The notes beneath the pieces are model-generated. The model made no database searches. It was not told the origin of the DNA and saw nothing but the letters and a program-made list of their open reading frames with translations. From assembly GCA_964016885.1 (NCBI GenBank), contig OZ024740.1:67022001-67086000 (forward strand): a stretch of 64,000 bases of DNA, written 5' to 3'. The position numbers and the translations under genes were made by a program. The DNA is from Eledone cirrhosa (taxonomy: Eukaryota). Of the stretch, positions 53,817 to 64,000 are shown piece by piece; the first letter of the stretch is position 1; each line of letters opens with the position of its first letter.

Positions 53817-56029
53817 ATTTGCGAACCAAACAGTGAGTGTGTTCTGTTATTAATTCTGGCAATATTATTACAACAATATGACCCTCCCCAAGTATATATA
53901 TATAGTATAAAGAAAACGAAAAATCAGTGATGCATCTAGACTTCGGTTCTTGTGTTTCCATTTCGTTGTGATTCAGATTACTGCTACTTCTGTAATCATC
54001 ATGAAAACAAGCTCGGGTAGTGTAATAATCATTGCTCTCTTCATGCAAAAACGAAACAAATTCTCAGCACATTTTGGAGAGATATCCATAAACAATCCGC
54101 AACTTCACTGCAAATTACTTCCCACTGTTTAGACTCCCAATTCGGATAAACCTTAAGCCATGATGCAAATTATATTAAGGAAGTAACTGATATATCTAAG
54201 GTTAGATCTGCTGCTAGATTCACAAACCACATAGTCTGGTGAAAAATATAGGCCTTCTATTTAGTAAATATACTATAACCAAAACGCAACAGCCTTACAA
54301 ATATGCTTTTAAACAGTCTTTGTTTCTTTTCTACTGCAACTACAACCTTTTCTGCTGAGCTAAACTGGAACGCAATGTACAATTCTGGTTCAAGTTCGCT
54401 CACTGAAACACAATTCTGCTGATTTCAGCATGATTCCCACGTCTCATTCACAAACATTGAATTAAATTTTTTTTTTTCCTTCGGTTTAGTGTTCCCTTTC
54501 AATAGAAATATATTAATACCAAGATACGCGATACCTCATTATTTTGGAGCTGGATTTAGACAAAGTCAATTTTGGAGAAAAAACGTTTGGGATTTGTTTT
54601 TTGTATATTCCACGTTCGCTAAGGATGAGGCATTTATTGACAAGCCTAGGCAAAGCTAGTTATAGGCCCAGGCAGATATAAAATCTATGCCTTCAAAACT
54701 GGATGGATGTAGCATGCAGGCTCCATTTTATTAACTGACCATTTAGAATTTTATTTTTCAGTATTAAATACATGTGATTTATGGGTGGTTTGCGGGTATA
54801 TCCATATAATTGTAGTGTACATGATATGCTATAATAATATGGAGTTGCAACTTGAGTCGAGTATGTTCCCTTAAAATCGTAAGCCTAAGCCAACTGGCCC
54901 ATCTAAGATCTGCTATTATATTGAACCTTAATTCCCCTTTACACATGTGTGGTTGTGTAAGAAATTATGTAAGAAATTATAATTTCTCTTTATCATAGAT
55001 ATAAACTGAAAATAATTTCAATCTATATTTCTATGTGTATTTAATACCTCGGTGAATGATATAATAAATAATCGTTCATCAATTCATCAAATGATTAACA
55101 GATTTAGCTATAAGAAAACATACGTAAAACATCAAAAGACATAAAACCAAGAGCGTTTTTAGTTGGTTTGGTATCAAACCCTTAACTGAACGGATTACCT
55201 GATAGTAAAAAGCCTGAAAATATCTGCCATGTGAGAATATGAATTCATTTTATTTTAAAATTACATTAAAGCTTAAAGCTTTATATTTTTTTTTTTTGTT
55301 CTTTGTGGAAGTAATGTTTTGAATGAAAGACACAGTATTAAAATTACCATTGCAAATCATATAGTGGCTATTTTTATGAGATTTTTTTAATAAATGAAAA
55401 ATTATTTAAATATCTAAATAATAAAGATAATAATGAAAATAAAAAAATTATGTTATTTGTGCAGTAGTTCTTACTCTCCTCTTTGTGCAGTAGTTCTTAC
55501 TCTCCTTTTTCCCTCTCTTTATCTATTTATACGTGTGTTTCTCATTCTCTCTCATCAACGCTTTTCGTATTTACAGTCATTCGAACGATGCAAATTTCAA
55601 GGGAAATAACTCCATAAAAAGTAAGCGAGTTAATGTTCCTGATATAAGCGAGTTAATGTTCCTGATATACAAAACACTGTATTGAAAATAGTGTTGAATT
55701 AAAAAATATGATCGAATGAGTTTCCAGTAAAAAAACAATCTACGCGTGCCTGTCCTGTCAAATTTAGATATAATCTTCCGAGAACTAAATTAGCCAATGC
55801 TTTATTGCCTCAAGACAGTAGGGCGTGATTTTGGAGAGATTGGAATAATATTTCTAATAGAAGGTTACTTGAAAGGCACCAAACAACTCGGTGAGAATTC
55901 GATTAAGAAAACATTTGTACGGCTTATAATACTCGTACATGTTGTTTCAGTAAACACTATATATTTGAGTGATATACAATGCTTTTGAAATGATGCACAC
56001 ACATACACAAAACGAATCGGACACACAAA

Positions 56030-56171
<142 letters not shown>

Positions 56172-56609
56172 AAGAAAAAAGGAGTAGGTAGGGAGAGAGG
56201 AGAAAGTCAGACAGTCAGGAAGCGGTTTATCGTGATTCATTTTAACCACTATATAAGACCGTTCTATAAAATGTATTTCTCATGCGTACTCTTTTATGAG
56301 AATGACTCCTATATATATATAACTATATATTGTGATATTTTATACTAATGTATGTTGGCGTGTTAGGTATGAGGTTTGCGGGAAGTCTCTTTTCAATCGA
56401 GCCCCGATTTACGTTTCTTCTTTAATCCCATTACTCCAGAGGGAGTCGTAGAGAGGCTGTAATGATATACGGCTTTTCTAGGGCATTTTAAATCCAGACG
56501 AAGTCTCTTTCTTCTCGAGATCTGAATACAGCAGATTTCTTCCAGAGAAAGATAAACGGTGAGTGACAGATTGAAAGTGAGAAAGAGATATAGAGGAAGA
56601 AACGATCCC

Positions 56610-56760
56610 AGTAATAAACTAGTACTTTTTTTTATCGACCTTGAATGGATGAAAGGCAAAGTTGACTTCATCGGGATGTGAACTTAGATAGCAGAGAGCC
56701 AAAGCGAATATGCAAAGCATTCTATCCGATGCTCTGGCGATTCATAAAATTCACCGCCTG
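56610..56760 (-). mobile_element. Degenerate SINE
   Basis: TTTATCGACC...GGATGAAAGGCAAAGTTGAC core. Confidence 0.65.
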
Positions 56761-59283
56761 ATTTTCGTTTCCTTATTGCTAGCAAGGCTGGCACTTAGCT
56801 GAGCAGGCCATAGAGAGATAAGAAGGACCATTTACCAGTAACTGTAGCGCTAAGGCTCTATATATGTGGCCGGTTCAAGCGTAATGCCAGCTATCTGTAG
56901 TCTCTAATGTCATAAAGAATAATGACGCCACTTGTATGTACCATGGTTCCAAAATTAGTGTTGTTACCAATAATTCTTCCGTGTGTTCTACCCATTTTTA
57001 CTTTCCACGTACTCTATATAAAACCTATCTAAAATTTCTCTCTTTTATATATACAACAAATAAGAAGTACCTTCAGTAGTTTCCAAACAACACAGAAACC
57101 GGCATTGATAATTAATCTTTCATTCCCATCACCACAAAATGATGCTCTCGTTAGCTAGCCGTTGTTCTTTTTCTTAACAAAAGCTTATCCCGTTAAAGGG
57201 AAACATACAATACTGTGTCGTACACCCAAGAAGATCAGCTATTGTGCCCTGCCATCTAACGACTACTATTATATACATTTGTTTCCGATGATAACTGACC
57301 AACCACACAGCCTTGCCTGACACAATAATTTGTTCAGAAAACTCCACAATGCTCATAAGGAAAACTTCATGAACTACTGTCTTTCTTTGGATAATACCAT
57401 AAGTGAGAAAACTTGCTTACAACCGACACAAATTTGGTATGGGCCGTTGGTGGTCCACCTAGACCCCGTTGTGTATCATTGTGTAATAACATTAAAACAC
57501 GCTAAAATGTATTGTAAGAATAAACATAAAAATAAAATTTCCGACCTAATAGGATTATTTTATTGTGGAGATCAACACATCGGAGAATCGGGAATATAAT
57601 TGCCTGTCATCTACTGGAGTTCATATGATCGACTATTCTTTCCCTACATTATTTCTGGCTTTGTACCAATGTAAAGAAGCCATATACTCTCAGGTCTTGA
57701 ATCCCTCCCACCCCGCGCTTATTATTTTTCAGATTTGTTCCACCCCAACCCCTTATTACATTTTGCTAATTTATTTTCGATGACATTTTAATGTAAGAGA
57801 TTTAAATTGATACCGCAGCTTGAGAATCTAATTATAATTATATTTTACATTTAAAAAAAAACATTATATATGACAAAAAAAGAATATTACCAGAAATCCC
57901 ATGTTTACAAACGTGCACTATACAATTACCGATCCACTCCTCGTTTACCCCCCCCCCCCCCTTCCTTGCTTAGAAGAATTTAAACAAATGCCCACCACCA
58001 CCCCTGTTATTTGGGACCTGATAGTATTACATTTTATGAAGTTCTGCATAAACAACTCTTATCAACAATCAGGAGTTGATTGTGAATGTGTCAAATTGGT
58101 AAAGGGAATAGGACCAAATGCTTTACAATATGTTTCGGACACCCTGATATCATCCCCCCACCCACACAGACACAACATCAGCTTTACCTTTCCTCGTTTC
58201 GTGGTTGTAAGAAATAAAAAAAACATTGAAGTGCTTTGGATTTTGTAAAGTTGTGACCACGAGAAGCATTATGTTATTCTTTCTTGATCTTTGCATACCG
58301 AATTCAAGTATCGATTTGCATGATACACTGAATCCATCAATTGCCCATTTGTTGTATTTAGCGAAGTTTACTTTGTTGGAAGCATTCAGTAAAGGTCTCC
58401 CAACTGAGAAAACCTGTCCCACTCCTCATCACGTCGGTGTCGAGGAACCTGTAAAGTGTCGTTAGAAGAGAGTCTACGTCATAACTGAAACTTTAAAAAA
58501 CGTACACCTTACTATGCTCCGTCTTATTAGTGACGCTATATCGCTCCAGGTCAGATCTAACTGTTAGGTGGTGAATCAGTAATATATTACAGAAAGTTAT
58601 ATATTTGTTGTGTGAAATAATCTTGCTTAAATATTAACTAAATTTAAACCACCAATGTGAGTGGAGTTTTAGTAATAAAGGATCTTCGTCAATTTCGAGG
58701 GTGAATGTTCCTATTCGACATTTAATGAAATATCCGACTCATTGAATTTTCTATTTGAGTATTTCATAGATGTGTGTACGATTTACATAATTCTTAGAGA
58801 CAATCGGCGTAAGATTGTGTCACAAGGCAGGCTTTATGAATTACTTGTGCAATTTATCCAATGGACTCCTCAATGTCTCCTTAGTTTCATCACCGTAAAT
58901 CAAAACTTACACATGGTGCCACGTAGTGGAATCGAACGTGGGACATTAGGACAGCAAAGGGAATTCTTTTAAATCTAAACTATAATATAGTAAGAAGCGC
59001 GGGATTGCGTACGGTTTATAATTGTTTATCCTCTTAGTAAAATAAGTTGGATTACTTTGAATAAATAATGAATAAATATTACATAATTTATCTACTAAAT
59101 TTCGTGGCTGTTCATTAAATATATTTTATTATTTATTTAAAGATTCATTTCTTTAAAATGTTCAAATGTCGACATTTCCGGTGGCGATCGCTTAAATAAA
59201 TACTCATATATTTCCGTCACTAATTTTCTCCTAATGCAGTTTATATATAATATCGTCTTTTTTTTAATGTATCACTGATTAAA

Positions 59284-59468
59284 TAATTGTTTCTACGTTT
59301 GGCACAAGGCCAGCAATTAACCAGTGCATTACTGATACTTTATTTTATCGACCACGTAAGGATGAAAGGCAAAGTTAACCTCGGCGGGATTTGAACTCAG
59401 AAAGGCAAGGGCTGTAACTCTATACGTCAAAGCATGGCGTCCGACCCTCTCCGTTACTGCCACCTTCG
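59284..59468 (-). mobile_element. tRNA-derived SINE, full length
   Basis: Reverse complement of 44379-44563 along its whole length. Confidence 0.85.
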
Positions 59469-59594
59469 TTCAATTTCTGTGTATATTGTCAATTACGATT
59501 TTATTTTATATATCATATCTACATGCATATATACGTGCGTAAAATATCAATATACACACTACACATACTAGCAGAAAACCACCAGAAGGGTGTA

Positions 59595-60286
59595 TCTATA
59601 ATATTATAAGCTGAGTGTCGTGTGTATTATGTATGTATGTATGTATGCATCCTACACACCTCCCTATAGTTTGTTAGCTTTACTCTCCCCGTCAATCTTC
59701 CCTCTCTCTATAATAGATCATTCTCCCTCTCTATAATTTAACTGCTTTAATCTTTCTGTCGCTTTTCACTCTCAAATATTATAAAGTTGAGTGTCGTCTC
59801 TCTCTCCCTCTTTCACCCTCTCTATAATTTAACTGCTTTACTCTCTGTATCTATTCACTCTCTATATGACAACACAATTTTACTTTCCGTTTTAATTGTA
59901 TCTCTCTCTGTCTAACGGCCTATCTTTCTCTTTTCCCCTGCCTCTGTTTTTCTGTCGTCGCTCGCATACACACACACACATACATATACTTTCTGTCGTC
60001 GCTTGCATAAGTAACACACACACACACCTACATACACATATACATAATATAACATGAAGACAAAACACACATACACACACATACACATACACATCACACA
60101 CATACACAAACAACATACACATACACAAATACACACACACACATATCTATACTTTATATGTATGTATGTATGTATGTAAGGTCATTCCCCCCTCTCTATA
60201 ATGTAACTGCTTTACTCTCTCTGTCGCTCTTCACTCTCTATATGACAACACTGTTTTAGTTTCCGTATCTCCGTTCAAAATATACA

Positions 60287-60380
<94 letters not shown>

Positions 60381-60513
60381 AAGAACGAGAGAGATTTAGA
60401 TAAAGATTAGGAAAACTACACACATACATCTACAGAGAGAGACAGAAAAACAGAGGGAGGGAAAAGAGTGTGATAGGCCGTTAGACAGAGAGAGATACAA
60501 TTAAAGAGATACA

Positions 60514-60556
<43 letters not shown>

Positions 60557-60653
60557 GGAAGGACAATGTTACACGGGAGGGTGTTTGGTATCCTTGCAGT
60601 GGAGTGGTGGGGGCAGGTATACCTAAAACGCACCAGCCGGACGGGACAGCTAG
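59595..60653 (+). mobile_element. Probable non-autonomous Helitron with internal microsatellites
   Basis: A|TCTATAATATTATAAG start and GC-rich subterminal segment ending CAGCTAG|T; internal repeats CCCTCTCTATAAT.TAACTGCTTTA. The 3' hairpin is weak. Confidence 0.45.
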
Positions 60654-60848
60654 TGTATAATAATATGGAAAATATAATGAATTTAAACGAGTTTCCAAAT
60701 AGGAAATACATTTAAAGAAAAATAATTCTTTCTAAATATTCAAGAGTTGTTTCCCCGGCCAGCTCAAAATTATAGTTTCTTACCGTATTTTTGTGATTTC
60801 TCCTAACAAAGTTTTTCTTTTTCTCGACCTTATATCTATTATGTGTTT

Positions 60849-60960
<112 letters not shown>

Positions 60961-61082
60961 GTGCATATATATGTGTGTGTGAGTATGTGTGTGTGCGAGT
61001 GTGTGAGTGAGTGAGTTTGTGTACATGTGTGTTTATTTGTGTGAGTAGCAATACAGAATTTATAAATATGTATATATATATA

Positions 61083-64000
61083 TTTCGTTTCTGAATTTGT
61101 TTAGCAAGATTCTTTATCTGAAATCGTGTGTTGAAACCGATATTGTTATACTTTGGGAGGGTCATGTTGAAAATAAGAAACACACGCACCTTGCTTTCAC
61201 TTCAATTTATTATAATAAATTTATAAATTTAGGAATTTATAAATTTCCGGTTGGTTGGTTGGTTCCACAACCAGATGGTTGTTTATATATTGTCAAAGTT
61301 CTTTCGTCACACATTCTCTAACCTCTAGAGTGACTGGGGCTTCTTTTCTTTGTTTTTTGTGCCTTTCCTTTGTTCTGTCCTACGTCAGCTTCTTTTTGTG
61401 TGTGTTGTGTGCTTAGTTTGCGCATGTGTTACATCCGGGTGTCTGTGTGTGTTTATATTCGTTTATTTATTTGTTTATTTACATGTTACTGGTTGGTTGT
61501 TTGTTCTATGTGCGTGTGTGTTTTCATTTTGTCCTTAATTGTAAGTTGTGATGTTGCTGTTCCACTCATGTTTTCTATTGAATTTTGGTTGTAATACATT
61601 TATGTTTATTGCCTCTGTGATTTGTCTAAACATTACGTCTTTTCTGTGTGTAGATTCTATTTTTATTTCTGTTCTCTAATTTACCCTTATGTTCTATTTT
61701 AGCATGTTGGTAGAGTAGAGATGATTCTTTGCTATCTTGAATGTCTCGCCAGTGTTCATTTATCCGTTCCCCTATACAACGAGTTGTCTCACCTATGTAC
61801 ACTATAGTTTTATCTCTACATTGTCCTTCACTACATCTTATGCTATATACTACATTTCTAGTTTTACAGTTAATATGGGGGCTTAATTTACAGATTATAC
61901 ATTTCTTATCTATACAGGGAGGTCTTTGAAAAGGGTATGTCTTGCTAATAAGTTTTTTATGGAGGTACCTGGTCTTTCTACTATCTTAATATTGAGTTTA
62001 TGTTTATCTAGGGCCCTTCTAAATGTATAAGCTAATTCACCTCTAGGGGTTGTATCGATGAACATTACACTCTGGTATTTATTGCTATCATACCATGAGT
62101 TTATTCTATTAGCCTTATTTCTAGTTCTTTCTATTCTATTCCAAAATTTGCTCCTATACAAGGGGCAGGTCCCATTTGTGTCATTATTTACCATTTTTTC
62201 CCATTTGGTTCTGGCTCCTCTATACACTCTGATTTTATCTCTCTGATTGTAACCAGAGAACTGCATACGGTGGATGAAGTGTTGTATGTGTCTCTCTAGT
62301 TCTTCGGGGTTGCACATGCGGGACGCGTTTCTCATCACCCGTACCAAATCCGCAATCAGTATGTTGATTTTGGTATGGTCCGAAACAGCTGAGTTTCGGT
62401 GGATCAGATATTTGGAAGTCATGGGTTTGGCATGATGGGAATGGAGGATTTTTTTTTTGTTATTAATGGTATCTAACCAGAGCTCTGTATCTAGTATAGA
62501 TAATCGATGGTTGGGGTGTTTGTTTGGGTAGTCTATAGTAACTCTAATACTCTGATGGACGGAGTTAGCTATTTGCTGGATTCTTTCCATTGTGTTTTTC
62601 TCTAATTCCTGACTGTTCTCTAGTGGGTGTGTTTTAACTACGATGTTTATATCATCAACGTTGCGGGAGTACATTATCAGGGTTAAGAGGTCTTCTAATT
62701 GTTATTTAAGTTTAAGTTTAAGTCTACTGTCCCACGATACCATGAATAAGTTAGCTATGTCGCCTGCAATGCTAACACCAATGGCTGCTCCCTCCTCTTG
62801 GGCATATGTTTTTCCATTAAATTTGAAAATATGTTCCTTAAGGGTTAATTTTAAGCTGGCCCCACCGCATGTGCAATCATTTTCTTTAGTTCATCGTGAT
62901 TTTCGGGGTCCGTATGGCTCTGGTCCACCCGTTCCATCTATCCGTGTGGGTTTTCTTGGCCATTGAAGTAATAGTAGGTGGTCAGCCTCTTGCTGATCTT
63001 GTAGGGCACAGGTTGCTAAGGTCATATGTGGCTAGATAATTATTGCTATAGGTAAGTTTAAGTAGGAGTCCCAGCTCACTGGTATCAATCCCACGGAATT
63101 CAACATTGCCCTCACTGATCATCTTTACGCATTTCTCCACAGCAAAATCCACGTCAATAGATGGATACAGGTAGACAACACCCATACTACCTATTATGCA
63201 GTTTGTTAGGTCCCCAGATCGGTTACTCTCGCCGATTCTGCTGAGGAGGTCCTCCGTGCTGTCACATACATTTGAGGACATTTCAATGATAGGGCGTATG
63301 ATCAGAGGGAGGAATTAGGACAGTCTGTCGTTACTAGCAATCTTAGCTCCACAGACTGGCCGTGTTGGTGCTCCCGTGACAGGGGCACTGCTCGTTTTAT
63401 GATCTTTTCGAAGCCCATACAACGCTGGAACGTCATTGTTCGAGGCCTGGAAGTTGTTGGCAGTCCTTTTGTTGGGCTGCATTATATTTGTCCACATCAC
63501 CGTATGGGCATTGAGGGCTTTTTCTCTATCCTATGCTCTTGTGGTGTTACTTCTCTTGTGTTAGTGATGTGGGGTTGCATTGCCTGGATGTAGTTTGGCA
63601 GACTGTCAACCGACATTCTGCCAGACTTGTCTGTTGGAAAGCATGCTATCTCTCCATTACGCGAGCACTGCATGAGCTTACGCAAGCCATTTGCAGATTT
63701 TTCTCCCAGTTGCTGGGCCTCCATTCTATTATGCTTCTTGCTATACTGTTCTATAATATTTCTAAGTTTAGATCTAGCTATACTAAATTGTGCTTCTGTT
63801 TGTTCATCGACCTGCGACGGCAATTGCGTGCGTTTGTTAAAAGCTAAAGTCGTGGCGTGGACTCGTCGCAAGTCGAACGACTACTCGGAGGGATTATAAA
63901 ATGTAGAGTTCCAGGCTGCTGCTTTATGTGTACTAGTGCTATTGTTATTGTTAGTTGTGTTGTTTCTATTTCTATTTCCACCAACAGCCTCATGGTTGTT
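61083..64000 (-). mobile_element. Penelope-like element family A, longer but decayed copy running to the window edge
   Basis: Homologous to 737-2830; adds upstream motifs FPTDKSG, LYGLRKDHK..PTRPVC, YLYPSID; multiple frameshifts; YVDD changed to NVDD. Confidence 0.92.
61535..63900 (-). pseudogene. Frameshifted Penelope RT + GIY-YIG ORF
   Basis: ORF pieces 63497-63871, 63315-63500, 62982-63281 and 61910-62674 are collinear parts of one protein; stop at 61535. Confidence 0.88.

Noticed and set aside
55457-55670. Two short tandem duplications (~24 bp and ~23 bp)
   Set aside because: Ordinary slippage duplications with no further structure.
58910-58950. tRNA-like GTTCGATTCC...GGCACCA on minus (similar B-box near 47360)
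   Set aside because: No full cloverleaf could be built; more likely decayed SINE heads.

Overview
AT-rich animal genomic DNA, not prokaryotic. The long (TA)n/(CA)n/(CATA)n tracts and the SINE families suggest an octopus/cephalopod, which is an inference. The only host gene I can support is the 3' end of a plus-strand SLC6 (neurotransmitter:sodium symporter) transporter: a 162-nt exon at 25440-25601 spliced across a 14.2-kb intron to a terminal exon at 39843-40157. The rest is mostly transposon-derived: two families of Penelope-like elements (RT + GIY-YIG), CRE-like, R4/Dong-like, RTE and CR1-like LINE relics, a Helitron helicase relic and non-autonomous Helitrons, tRNA-derived SINEs, and a foldback-like TIR element. 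The most notable signal is a dense set of minimal type-I hammerhead ribozyme (HHR) motifs, about a dozen in several distinct families. They occur in Penelope 3' ends and in short non-coding elements embedded in (TA)n tracts, which repeatedly form inverted repeats, including inside the transporter's last intron. Ribozyme activity, family names and taxon are untested inferences from motifs read by eye. Most boundaries of degenerate repeats are approximate.
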